This document shows, one piece after another, positions 14,663-34,017 of a stretch of 64,000 nt of DNA (positions are counted from its first letter, which is position 1; every line of letters starts with the position of its first letter). Under the pieces are notes generated by a model that had not been told where the DNA came from, did no database searches, and was given only the letters and a program-made list of their open reading frames with translations. The stretch is from the human T2T-CHM13v2.0 reference genome, Homo sapiens, in NCBI RefSeq assembly GCF_009914755.1, contig NC_060926.1; one strand, written 5' to 3'. The translations under genes were made by a program, and so were the position numbers.

Positions 14663-15664
14663 TGAAGAAAAATACATCAATGAATAAAAAACAACAAAGA
14701 AACTCTCTTACATAGTCTTACCATGTGCTCAGGGTTTTAAATCCTTTACACATACTAATTCATTCAATTCTCAAAACTACCATAAGTTTTAGGCAAGACA
14801 TTTGTCAAAGGTGAAGTCAGGATTTGGAATGTAGGCATTATGGCTCCAGCACCTATTTGCCTAACTCCTCTGCAGAGAGATGGATGTTACTTCTGACGTG
14901 CTCCAGAAAGTGCCGCTGGGCTTGGTTCTATGGCTCCCTCTCCCAAGAGCTGATCAGCATATTGCAATTGATGAATGAAGGGTTAAAGAATAAATAAATG
15001 AGACATGAGAAAGAGGTGTTTCTACAAAGTTTTTTTCCATCCAAACAATATTTTAAAATCTGAAACCCAATGATAAGAGAAGAATAAAACACACAGTTCT
15101 TTCACCAATTGAATAATTAGAAAAAGTTCACCAATTCCATCCCACTCAGCTTCCAAACCATAACAGCATCTTCAAATTATAATGCCAAAGGTGATCAAGT
15201 ACTTTGAAGCCAGGATCTCTAATGCCAGTGAAAAACTGTCAAAATTATGAGTCAGCTGTTTGATATTTAGAAAATCAATTAATCTCTTTGGGTCCGTTTC
15301 CTGCTCTTTGAAGTGATTTAACTTAAAAAAATCTTTTAAAAATAGCATGTCTACGCACAGAATTACCTCTACACTTTTAGAACTACCTCAATCTTTCCTC
15401 CTCAAACAATAGCTTGTGATTTTACTTGAAACCCGTGTTTATTGGATATTTTATCATGGCTCTGGCATCCCACCAAATATGATCAAATTAAAAAGGAACT
15501 GAACTGGTAAAGCAAGGAATAAATAACACACAAGGAACTTTGAAATCTCTCTGCAAGCTTCAGCTAGTTAATCCTCCCAACATCCCCCTGGAGTCATGCT
15601 AAACAGTTTTCAAAGGTCAGATCTCATTGAGAATTTGACTTATTTTATTGAAGTAATAGAAAAA

Positions 15665-15855
15665 CCCAGAGTTTATGGATTATTCTTTCCATCTCTCCCT
15701 CTATTCTCTTCTCCTCTTTGATTTCTTTCTCACCACCATTGTGTCTTAGAGGTTACAGACAGGCTGACATTTTTTATCTTTCTCATTTATAGATAATTAC
15801 AAGTATGAACTATTATTATTAATCCTACTAATATTAGTAATTGTATCAGTACTAA
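15665..15855 (+). repeat. Putative donor of the 12920-13099 copy
   Basis: cccagagtttatggatt...ttgtatcagtactaa, embedded in sequence I do not recognise as a repeat. Confidence 0.9.
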
Positions 15856-16547
15856 ATTACTGTGTTCTCACATAGAAAATTATTGATGACAGGCATCTCA
15901 TAGCAATTTCAATTTCATGAATTTATAATTCCAAAAGAAATATATTTCAGGTAATGCAAATTTGTTTTCTACAATTTATATATTCCTTACCTCTTTGAGG
16001 GGAGTTCAGTAATTTCTATTTTATCCTAATATCAAAACCACTTTTCTAGGTTTCTCAGTTTAGAAAGAAAATGCCTGTGAGGCTCATTCTTTTGGCTGGT
16101 GTTTCTCATCAACTTTAGAAAAGAGAAATCCCAGTGCATAGATCAAAATAGAAAGGTTAATTGGTAATAAACTAAATGTATTGCTATCTTGGCCAATAAA
16201 ACAGAAAGTAGAATGTATAATATCTAAAACAAATTCTTCAATGGTGAGATGTCTCATTTTCTGATTAAATTCTGTCAGCTTACAGAGACTTTTTATGGAA
16301 ACTTAAATAGTTCACCTTGTACCCTGTAGAAAGTATCATGTATTTTTTATGAGACATATTAAGCTATACATAACAGATTAGAAAGGAAAAATGGAAGGAT
16401 GAGTAAAACTGCAGAAACAAATGTGCATTATCATCTTCCTTGACTAATTGTATTGAATCTGCTCCCAGGTTGCCCTATTTTTCTAAATTGGCATTTGAAA
16501 AGAGACAGCATGTCTAATTTGCTCCTCCACTTCTCAACAAGAGCACC

Positions 16548-16895
16548 TGTGTTAGTCCGTTTGCGTACTGCATGAACAACTGCCCAAGACTGGGTAATTT
16601 ATAAAGGAAAGAGGTTTAATTGACTTACGGTTCAGTATGGTTGGGGAAGCCTCATAAAATGTACAGTCATGGTAGAAGGTGAAGGGGAAAACAAAGCGCC
16701 TTCTTCGCCAGGGGGCAGGAAGGTGGCGTGCCAAGCGAAGAGGGAAGAGTCCCTTATAAAACCATTAGATCTCGTGAGAACTGACTATCACGAGAACAGC
16801 ATGGGGGAAACCCCCACCCACCATGATTCAACTACCTCCATCTGGTCTCTTCCTTGACACGTGGGGATTATGGGGACACAAAGCCAATCATATCA
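16548..16895 (-). mobile_element. THE1 (THE1C-like) MaLR solo LTR
   Basis: TG...CA ends, exact 5-bp TSD gcacc (16543-16547 / 16896-16900), and gactgggtaatttataaaggaaagaggtttaattgac. Confidence 0.92.
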
Positions 16896-17079
16896 GCACC
16901 TCTTCTGCATCACCCTCCTTTTCCCTTCCCATCCTCCTGCCATCTTCAATTATGCTATTCTTAACATGCCCATCCCAAGACCAAGGTAGGTATTAAGCAG
17001 GAATTGAAGGTGGCATATTCTCAGTTCGTTACGTTCTTGTCAGCCTGGAAGCTTCCACAACTAGGCATAAGAAGAAATC

Positions 17080-17350
17080 AGCCCGGGCGCAGTGGCTCAC
17101 GGCTGTAATCCCAGCACTTTGGGAGGCCGAGGCGGGCGGATCATGAGATTAGGAGATTGAGACCATCCTGGCTAACACGGTAAAACCCCGTCTCTACTAA
17201 AAATACAAAAAATTAGACGGGCATGGTGGCTGAGGCAGGAGGATCACTTGAACCTGGGAGGTGGAGTTGCAGTAAGCCGAGATCTCGCCATTGCACTTCA
17301 GCCTGGTGACAGAGCGAGACTCCATCTAAAAAAAAAAAAAAAAAAAGAAA
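17080..17350 (+). mobile_element. AluSc/Y-type with a ~33 bp internal deletion in the right arm
   Basis: CpG-rich, with gaccatcctggctaacacgg. It jumps ggtggc>tgaggcagga and has a long A tail. Confidence 0.92.
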
Positions 17351-17477
17351 GAAATTGAAAGTGGTAGAGAATGCATCTGAATTTTTTTCCACCTCCGTTA
17401 AAATTTCATGTATCAATGAATGAGAGAATCTTCACTAGATAAAGTGCAGTGTATTGGGCAATCCCAGGTGCTTTAAA

Positions 17478-17704
17478 AGTTGTTAAGAGGATGGACTTTG
17501 GAGACAGACACTTCAGTTTCCACTTACATTTAATGGCTATGTTTACTTGGTCAAGCCACTTTACTTCCTTATGCCTCAGTTTTGAATCTATAAAAGAGTA
17601 CCTCCTTTATAGGGTATTATAAGGATTAAATAAAGTGATACATGTAACGTACTTAGAACTGTGCCAGGACCATAGTAAATTATATACAGGTATTTGTCAT
17701 TATT
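17478..17704 (+). mobile_element. MIR SINE
   Basis: gttaagag..ggactttggagacagac..gcctcagttt..atctataaaa..ataggg..aggattaaataa..acttagaactgtgcc. Confidence 0.8.
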
Positions 17705-18521
17705 AATCCATCTGAGATTTTAATCTCTTCTACATTCCCAAACAATGGTCATTCATCATATGTTTCCTTTCTCCCAGGGAAGAAGGAACTCATTACCTCT
17801 TAAAGTGGCCTATCTCATTTTCTGACTATTGGAACGCTGATCTTCCTGTAACAAGCGAATTTTTTTTTCCTTATAGTTCTGGCTCACTGTCTGAGGCCTT
17901 TCTTGGAGCTGCATAAATGAATTTGATATTTGAATACAGTTCTCTCCTTCCCAGTTTCTCTAAGCTAAACATTCTCCATTCCTGCAATCATACACATGTA
18001 ATATGGATGAGTATTTGATAACTAGTTTGTCTGTGGTCTTAAAGAGTGGTACCCTGAAAGATAGGTCAGAAAGCAGGACTAATGCGTCCCTCATTCTAGA
18101 GGGAATTCTAAGGTCCTATTACTTTGGGGATATTTTTAGAATCCCCATATTATCACCTCAAATAAAACTCAAGTCAGTTTTGTGTGACTGCTACTAACTT
18201 GCATCTCATCAACCCTTTCCGTGATTATGCAATTCCTTTCTGGTTTTTGTTCATTTGTGGGATGGTGGTAGGGAGGGGAGTAGTAACTGACAATTTCATA
18301 ATTATTCCTATTGAATTTCATTTTGGCATCAGCCTATTACTTGAGTTTGTCAAGAGTTTTTTAAATTTTTAGTCTATCAATCTTTGTTTTATCACATATT
18401 ACTAAGTTTCCTCTTTCTTTTGATAGCCAAAAATACATACCTATCATATAAAGGGGAGGACAAGGTGCTGGGGAATCCAGGGTCCCACTTTTATTCTTGT
18501 TCTCAAAAATAATGTGCCTAA

Positions 18522-19118
18522 GTTGCAGAGAAAAAGAAACACTTATACACTGTTGGTGGGAGTGTAAATTAGTTCATCCATCGTGGAAAGCAGTGTGACG
18601 ATTCCTCAAAGACCTAAAAATGGAACTGCCATTTGACCCAGCAATCCCAACACTAGGTGTGTACGCAAAGGAATATAAATTGCTCTATCAATAAAGATAC
18701 ATGCACGTGTATGTTCACTGCAGTACTGTTCACATAGTAAAGACATGGAATCAACCTAAATGCCCATGAATGGTAGACTGGATAAAGAAAATGTGGCACA
18801 TATACACCATGGAATATTACGCAACCATGAAAAAGAATGAGATCATGTATTTGCAGGAACATGGATGGAGCTAGAGGCCATTATCCTTAGCAAACTAACG
18901 CAGAAACAGAAAAGCAAATACCACATGTTCTCACTTATAAGTGGGAGCTAAATGATAACACGTGGACATATAGAGGGGAACAACACACACTGGAGGGAGA
19001 AGATGAGGAAAAATAACTAATGGATACTAGGCTTAATACCTGGGTGAAAAAATAATCTATTTGACAAGCCTGCATTACACAAGTTTACCCTGAACTTAAA
19101 AGTTAAAAAAATTAAAAA
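18522..19118 (+). mobile_element. 5'-truncated L1 (L1PA13-16-like) 3' end
   Basis: ORF2 C-terminal sequence plus 3'UTR (aaataactaatggatactaggcttaatacctgggtga) and an A tail. Degenerate TSD aaaaataatgtgcctaag/aaaaagaatatgctcaag. Confidence 0.9.
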
Positions 19119-19230
19119 GAATATGCTCAAGCTACTTCTTAACTACTTAGTCTGTGTACCTCACAGATTTATTTTTTAAGGCTAGATGCTAAGAACACTC
19201 AAATTGTGTCTAACTATCATCAAGACTATA

Positions 19231-19556
19231 TGCTGGGTACAGTGACTTACACCTGTAATCTCAACCTTTTGGGAGGCCAAGGTTGATTGCTTGAGCCCAG
19301 AAGTTCAAGACCAGTCTGGGCAGCATGATGAGATCTCAACTCTACAAAAAAATTTAAAAAGAAAATTAGCTGGGAGTGGTGGTGCCCACCTGTAGTCCCA
19401 GCTACTCAGGAGGCTGAGGTGGGAGGATTGCTTGAGCCCAGAATTTCAAGGCTGCAGCGGGCTATGATTGTAACACTGCACTCCAGCCAGGAGCAACAGA
19501 GTGAGACCCTGTCTCAAAAAAAAAAAAAAAAAAAAGAAAAGAAAAAAGAAAAAGTA
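19231..19556 (+). mobile_element. AluJ
   Basis: Dimer with J diagnostics, long A tail, and TSD-like aagactata/aagattata. Confidence 0.92.
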
Positions 19557-19987
19557 AAGATTATAAATAATCCCCTACAATGTTAAAAAGATAAGATTTT
19601 TACAATTATTTTACTAATAAAGCTATGGAAACAAGCAGAAAACCACAAGCTTAGTCTAAAAAAAATCAGAGTGGATTTATTGAGAATACGGAGAAGGGTA
19701 TAAAATAAATTTTTAACCCTTGATCCTTTCACTTGTTTAATCCGTGGGTATCTAGGCATCTCTTCATGCGTAGCTCGAGCTCTGAGAACTGCCTCTCTGC
19801 CCACACAGCCAGAACTTTGTATGCATCACCACTCTTAACTTTGTCAATGAGCAGAGTTAAACGTTTGCACGTCTATCTCTTGCTTAAGAACATGAGCTCC
19901 TCAAGAGCAAAAAAACCATTTTAAGAACTTCTGCACCCAGCATGGAGCCTAACACATGGTAGATAATAAATGTTTATTGAATAAATA

Positions 19988-20417
19988 CAGTTGATCCTTG
20001 AACAACATGAGTTTGAATTGTGTGGGTCCACTTACATGTGAATATATTTCAGTAAAAGTTAGACCAAGTGGGCCCACCTCCCCTGCCTCCCCTTTCACCT
20101 TCTCCTTCTCTTTGACTCCTCAAACCACTGATACAGCAAGACCTTCTCATCTTCCTCCTTCTCCTCAGCCTACTCAATGTGAAGACAACAAGGATGAAGA
20201 CCTTCATGATGATCCACTTACACTTAATGAATAGCAAATATATTTTATCTTCCTTATGATTTTTAAATACATTTTCTTTCCTCTAGTTTATTGTTAGAAT
20301 ATAGTATATAACATATATACAAAATATTCATTAATCGATTTTATATTATAGGTAAGATGTATTAGTAGTTAAGTTTTGGAGGAGTCAAAAGTTATACGAG
20401 GGGGGTTGATGCAACTG
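19988..20417 (+). mobile_element. Tigger2-derived MITE (Tigger2a/2b-like)
   Basis: TA|cagttgatccttgaacaac...caactg|TA termini and cctcagcctactcaatgtgaagac..gatgatccactt. Confidence 0.85.
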
Positions 20418-22139
20418 TAACTGACCAAGCATGCTAACTAAATGTCCCTACAGGTATAAGGCCAATCATTAACTTAGGTAACAGCTTAAGTATATGAATT
20501 GTAAAGAGTAAGGACATTTTCCCTACACTACCCCTCTCCCTACATCCACTATATCCCTTTCATCCATTCAGTGTGACCAGAAGTTTCATTAAATGGGGAT
20601 ACCTTTAATTCCACCACTCGAACTAAAATGCAAATATCCCCTCTGGAGAAGCAAAACTTTGGCATAAATTTTTGTTGAGTTGCAAATAAGTCATATAGGT
20701 TACTCTGCCCAGTGCACCATTTATAGAGGCTGGGGTGGTCGTGGAAAAAGAGCATCTATCATCCCTGCAGGTCTCAATTCCCCTTAGCATCAGCCCTGCT
20801 GTGGCCACAGGCCAATAAAATCCTGAAGCATCAGCCCACCAGCAAGTAGAGCCTGGAAAACATGCTGTTTTCACAAATACTGTGCCTAGAGCATGAATTC
20901 GTCCTGTAGGTGTCCATGTGATCATCTGAACCAGGTTTCTCAATCAAACACCCACCCCATGCAGCCTGGCTACCTAACTAGCTACTTGGCCAGAGTCGCA
21001 GGCACCTGGGTCTCCCTCCGAAGGAGGGAACCTATTTCTAAATCCTAGTTAGCAATTAAGAGACCTGGCTTTCTTGCTCTCCACTTTCACTAAAAAAAAA
21101 ATTTCCAGGATTCTTCTTAGGGAGGCCTTTCGACCAGACCTGCCCTGAGAATCCTGCTGCCCCCGGGCAGTGATGTCCGCATTCTTTGACTAGTAACTCC
21201 CCTCAGCCATTCTTCTCTCCCTGAATAGGAACCTGAGTTTTGCCTCCCACCCTCTAACTTGGGCTTGGAGCTGCTCATCCCACTCCTGCCCTGGTCATTA
21301 TACCCTAACCCTTGCCAATCCTGGCTTAGTACCAGTTTGCTTCCTCCTCTGAAGGAATTTCTGCATTTTTGTCAGCCCTAGTCACTTGATTTACGACTCC
21401 AAGAGAAGGAAAAAGGTGGGGAGTAGGGAAATAGGAAAAGGAACTACTAGAGACGACAAAAATTAAAACTTCCATCTGCCTCACATATTTTGCCTAGTCT
21501 AGAACTGGTTAGTGGCATAGGTTTTAAATTTCATGTACTCAGAATTTCTTCAAAAAGCTTCTCTAACTGTAGCTTCTCTGTTTTGGCTGTAGGACCCTCT
21601 CTCAAACAATGCCCCACCAGATTGAGGCCAGCATACCCTGGAGTAGCCAGTTCTGCAGGATCCTGGGTGTCAGCCAAGCTCAAATGCCAAAGTAAATAGA
21701 GGAGGGAGGGGGCACAGGATGAAGAGACCAAAGAAAGGGGCATTTCCCAGTCTAGACAGGAGCGCTGCTTTTTTTAAAAGCTGTGTTTTTAAAACTCTGC
21801 TCATTCAAAACTGTAAATTCTTAAGAAGTAAGTTTTCCTTTCACTAGTGGCTATCTCACTTTTTTGTTGGTTTGTTTTGCTATATTTACAGCACGGGATA
21901 GGTTGGTTTTATTTTTCCATTGCACACAATAGCATTTAATATTTAGCATTTCATCAGTAAGATAGTTATAAAACCCATAGTTCCAAAAGAAATGTAATGC
22001 TTCATTGTATGTTAGATGAGTACGTAGAAGCCTTTAATCATAAGTTTATTCAGCATTTTAGATACTTTTGAAATTATTTTTTATAGAATAATTTCATCAT
22101 AAGTAGCAATATCTCAGATTTATTTAACATATAATTTAA

Positions 22140-22505
22140 GAGAGGGCAGTGTTTCAAAGTGGAAAACAAACTAGACTAAGAATCAGAAGTTCTAAATTCT
22201 AGACCTTTTAATAACTGTTGAAGTTTAGGTAAAGCCTCAGACTTCTCATCTGTAAAATGCAGGAGCTGAAAAAGGAGACTGCTTAATTCAGTTTTTATCC
22301 AGCTCAGTAACTTTATATGCCAAGAGTGTAGTGCAGTAAAAAAAAGAAATGCACTTGGATTCAAAAGACTCACATTTTAATCTAAGCGCTGCTTCTAACT
22401 TTACTTGTGACATTGAGCATTTACCTTCTCCTGTTTCCCTCATCTGTAATAAAAAGGAAATGGAACAGATGTTGTCTAAGGACATTTCCAGCTCTAAAAT
22501 TTTAT
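22140..22505 (+). mobile_element. Two adjacent MIR fragments
   Basis: gcctcagacttctcatctgtaaaatg and ctgtttccctcatctgtaa...tctaaggacatttccagctctaa. Confidence 0.65.
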
Positions 22506-23027
22506 ATCAAAGAAAAATGTCTGTGGTGCACATGCTGTCTTCCGTTTGCATGTAAAATGTGATGTTTTGCTCTAAGCAACCTAAGAGAAATACATGTATT
22601 TGTAAAGCATTTCCCGAGTTTGCTGGAACACACTTTTATCCCACGAACAGTGAACCTTAAGTTCTCAAGGCAGAAAAGCTGTCTTAAGAGCCTTGTTTGC
22701 TTCACCTCTCTTCTGAGTACCTAAGCTCAGGCTCTGCAATTGAGCTTAAACCTTATTACTACAAAGCTTCTTCCAAGTGACTTCTGTAGGCCATAAAGAC
22801 AACTATAATCAAATTTGGTTTTTACCTCCTGTTTATAAACATGCTTCTTAGGTCAAAAAGCGACTTCTTAAAGGTTAAAAAGCCACTTATCAAATAAACT
22901 GAACTTTTAAATTTTCTTACATAAAATGCTTAATCCAAAAGTATTTTTGTGTTTACAATTCCTGGGGTTTTTGTTGTTGTTGTTGTTGTTAAAATGCCTT
23001 AACTATTCACATAAAGTATCTTGCTTC

Positions 23028-23207
23028 AAAAGGAAGTCAGAGCTACAGTCACGAGTGGTTTACAGAATATTTTCTGATAGTCTTTGCTTCATTTCAGTAT
23101 CGTGCCATGATTGGCTGTTGCTAGCTACAAATAAGGAAGTCTTCAAGTTGGGGGATTTCTCAGTGGAAGTTCCCACTTCAACATAAGGGAGAGCTCTGGA
23201 CAGTTTG
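23028..23207 (+). promoter_or_regulatory. TANK: TANK upstream non-CpG promoter with kB, NF-Y and ETS motifs
   Basis: GGAAGT at 23031 and 23135, TGATTGGCT (reverse CCAAT) at 23108-23116, kB-like GGGGATTTCT at 23151-23160 and consensus kB GGAAGTTCCC at 23165-23174, all directly upstream of the exon. Confidence 0.75.
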
Positions 23208-23311
23208 AGCAGCATTGTTAGAGCCTGTGGAAAACACTTTACAACTGTGTAACTGTCTTCATCTTTACAGAGGAATAGTCTACAAAGGAAGACTTGTAAC
23301 CTGGAGAAGAG
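23208..23311 (+). other. TANK: TANK alternative first exon (upstream; annotated as 5'UTR)
   Basis: agcagcattgttagagcctgtgg...cctggagaagag matches my recollection of the TANK mRNA 5' end. Donor GAG|gtaatc. The start is approximate. Confidence 0.85.
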
Positions 23312-23413
23312 GTAATCTAATTTCAATAGTTCCTACTGATTCTTAACCTAGGAAAGGGGCCTGGATGTCTTAAACTGAAGTGTTGCAGATGTGTTACCCT
23401 CTTACTCTTGCTA

Positions 23414-23631
<218 letters not shown>

Positions 23632-23940
23632 TGGGGTCCCTAGCCAAGACCAAGGAAAATTTTAAATTTTTTTTAATTTTCTTTCTAACTTTTAAGATAG
23701 AATTTATGTCTCTACCTCAATGATTTTTTTAAGTTTATATCTGGAATGAGAGCCTTCTCCAATGAATGATTTTTATAACATAATGTTGACATTATGCTGA
23801 AAGATATTTGGCTTAAGTTGTTCATAACTTACTAGGCTGAAAAGTAAATTAAAGTAAAAATGTATTCATACTTTTTTGGTTATATTTTTAAAAATCGATC
23901 CTGGCCTGATCCAGTGTGTCTATACAAACATTAACTCAAG

Positions 23941-24235
23941 GCTGGGCATGGTGGCTCACTCCTGTAATCCCAGCACTTTGGGAGGCTGAGGCCGGCAGAT
24001 CACCTGAGATCAGTAGTTGGAGACCAGCCTGACCAACATGATGAAACCCCGTCTCTACTAAAAATACAAAAATTAGCCGGGCATGGTGGTACATGTCTGT
24101 AATCCCAGCTACTTAGGAGACTGAGGCAGGAGAATCACTTGAACCCAGGAGGCAGAGGTTGCAATGAGCCAAGACAGCACTATTGCCTAGGCAACAAGAG
24201 CAAAACTCCGTCTCAAAAAAAAAATAATAATAATG
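23941..24235 (+). mobile_element. AluS (Sx/Sp-type)
   Basis: Full dimer with exact 11-bp TSD attaactcaag. Confidence 0.95.
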
Positions 24236-25039
24236 ATTAACTCAAGTTTAGTATTTTTCTCATCTCATAAAAAGCACATGATAGTGAATATTTCATTACA
24301 CTAAAGTGTTAATCTTATAGACAATGCTGCATCTCCTTGGACCATTTAAACTTACACAGTTATAGTAAACTAGTCTTATTCTATTATCAATTAGCCCTCA
24401 TATTTTCACAACCAAAAATGAACATTAAATACCATGTAATATTTCATTAAGTTATTTTCTTAAGAATAATCATAGGAAAAATGACAGCTCAAAAAGATTA
24501 AAAGTCAAGAATTATTATCACTATTGTTACATTATTATAATAGCTGTCATATTCAAGCTTGTAAGTGGCAGAACCAGGGCTTAAACATAAATTCATATCA
24601 CCTCTTTATCCAGGGCTTTCTGTTACTACTGCCCTGCATTCTTATAATGTTAAAATAATATTTGAGAGATGTCATATCCCAAAAGATGGAGATTCTTATG
24701 ATAGAAAAAGGAAGATGACTTGGCCATGTTCACGCAGCAACCAAGTCATTTTTAGAAGCTAGGTCTTTCTTCTCACTCACCCACTCCCATCTCTTCACTC
24801 CCTCCAGGATACACTTCCACATGCATACAGGTGGGCACACTAGTGTGCCTCCAAGCAGTTAGCTTCAGAGCCGGAAGAAGATGTGGGGTTGTATACCCAG
24901 TCTAACCTGCCTTCAGGTTCTGCCCAGCAGCCAACTGGGGACCTAGAGCAATGTCTAGTTACTTCTTTTAAACACTTATGACATTGAGTCATAGAGATAA
25001 CTAACTAGATGATTAAAAATAAATAAAGCTCCCCTGAAA

Positions 25040-27060
25040 AAGTTCTGATTAGAATTTCATGAAACTTATGCACTAATTTGAGGAAAGTGATCATCCTTAT
25101 AGCATAGAAACTTCCTGCCTGAATATTCTATTAATATGTCTTTAATGTATTAAGGCCTCAGTAGACATAGAAGTTCTTTATTTATCATTAAATGTATTCC
25201 AATATATTTTGTTTTGTCTTCTTGTGTGTGTAGTAAAGGTACTTGATAGGGATATTCTTTCCACTATATTTTCTAACTAATTATTGCTGGCTTCTTAATT
25301 TCACAAATTTATCTTTCATCTAGCAATTTTATTGATCCCTCATTTTTTCTAAATTACTTTAGGTAATTAACATGTGATGCCTAGACAGAAAAAAATACAA
25401 TTATGTATTATCCCTTTTTTTCCTCACCACATTGGCCAGAATTTCTGGAACAGTGTTTAATAACAGAGAAGAGAGCAGTCAACCTTGTCTTGTTTCTGAT
25501 CTCAGTGGGAATTTCCCTAGTGGTTAACATTAAGAATGAGGTTGGCTGTTGGTTTGAGATAAGTACATTTATCATAAAAACCAAATAATTGCCAAGTACC
25601 TTGTTTACTAGAGGCTTATTTAAATAAAAACAAAATAGAGACTTCATGTTAAACTGTACTCAATGTCTTTTTGATATCATTAGAGACAACTGTATGGTTT
25701 TTCTACTTCAAACTGTGTAGTGGTCTGCTGTTACACAAGAGAGTCATTGCATTTTTAAAAAGTCCATGTCATCAAATATTGTGATATGAAAATGATTGCT
25801 TTGGTAATAAAGGTAGATTTATAGTTATGAGCTATGATTTATTGTTGCTCCAATTAAAATAATAAATTGGTAGTTCAAAATAAACCAACCAAACCTACAC
25901 GTTTCCTCTTTTTCTCTCCAATCCACATGCTTAGACACCTCTTCTCTATTATTTTGGCTTCATAATTCTGTTCCCAACTCAAACTAACAGAAAAAGAATG
26001 AAAACAATGTGACATAAGCCAAGTAACCCTATCCAGGCATAGCAGCCAAATAAACAAAGCAGCTATTCCTACGCTTTGTGCAAAAAGCCTTCTTCCTATT
26101 ATGACAGTGCTAGCTGCAGACCGCAATTTAGTTACAACTGTGGTAAGCAAAATGTGTGTCCAAATTGATTAATCTTATATCCAACTTATATTAAGAAAAT
26201 GTATGCTAAAGAGAAATGTTTGAAATTTGCTAAGAATTTTTAATATTCATATTCAAAACTAGAAGGTTAGTATTTTTGTTTTTATATTCATAAGTCTGTA
26301 AAAATTAGTCTATATTTTTATTTTCTAGAACATATCACTGATAGGTTTCAGTTTTAAAATGAGACTAGCTTAATAAAGTAAAATGATAAAAATACCAAAA
26401 TGTTCCAAGTTCTAAAGAAAATTCAATAGGAGTTATCTGTTCCTTGAAATGTTTAAAGAAGAATCCATAATACTGTTGGGCCTTGGCATCCCCTTTTGAA
26501 AATAATTCTTTAAATGCTTACAATGTCTTCCATTGTTATTGATCTATTTGGGGTTTATGCTATTTTTCATGCAGCTTAGTTTACTTGCTTTTGCTTAGAA
26601 ATTACTCTTTTTAAAAATTTTTCAAATATATTGGCATACATGGTATTCCCTTGAACTTTTTAAAATCATCTCCATAACTATGTGGATAACCCTTTTTCAT
26701 GATGCATTTTGTCCATTTGTCTTTTCTTTTTTTTTCTGATTGGATGTCACAGAACTAATTTCTTGGATCTATTTCTTCTATAGTTAGCTCTTTGTAAAAT
26801 TGTTTTTGCTTTATCTTTGTTAATATTTTCTCAATGCCTTTTTTAGACTATTTTAGTTTTCTAAGTTTGTGAGTTGAATTATTAGTTCATGTATTGTTAT
26901 TCTTTCTTCTTTTATAATGAAAATATTTAAGGCTAGGAGTTTTTTAGTACTATTTTAACATCTTACAACTTCTGATACATTGCTTTCACATTTCACTGTC
27001 TTAAAGTTTTTAATTGAAGTTTTATTTCCTCTTTGATCAGATTTATTTAGGATAGTAAGG
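25040..27060 (-). mobile_element. Highly decayed L1ME-type ORF2 remnants, possibly with an internal unrelated insertion ~25720-26190
   Basis: T-rich sequence with L1-like words (agagcagtcaaccttgtcttgtttctgatctcagtggga..). Confidence 0.5.
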
Positions 27061-27084
27061 GTTTTTTTTTAATGAATAGTCTGT

Positions 27085-27290
27085 CTTTTTTAAAACCATT
27101 TTAGATTTAGAGAAAAATTCAGCGAACACTGCAGAGAATTCACATATACCACCCTTCCTACCCCCACCACTCACAGCATCCCCTATTATTAACAACTTGC
27201 ATTAGTATGGCACATTTGTAACAATTTATGAACCAATATGGGTACATTATTATTAACTCAAGTCCATAGTTTATTCGGGTTTTCTTATTT
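27085..27290 (-). mobile_element. L1MC-type 3'UTR fragment
   Basis: ccctattattaacaacttgcattagtatggcacatttgtaacaatt..aaccaatat..acattattattaact. Confidence 0.7.
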
Positions 27291-27573
27291 TTTCCCTTTT
27301 TAAAATTGAGGTGAAATTCATATAACACAAAACTAATCATTTTAAAATGAACAATTCAGTGGCATTCAGTACACTGACAATGTTGTGTAAGCACCACCTC
27401 TATCTAGTTTCAAAACATTTTTACCACCTCAAAAGGAAACAGTGTACTATTAAGCAGTTGTTCTGCATTTCTGACTCCCCTCAGCCCCTGGCAACCACAA
27501 ATCCGCATTCTGTCTCTGGATGCATATATTCTGAATGTTTCATATAAGTGAAACCAGACAGTGTGACTTTCTT

Positions 27574-34017
<6,444 letters not shown>

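Noticed and set aside
17740-18400. Possible L3/CR1 relic
   Set aside because: Too diverged to call confidently by eye.
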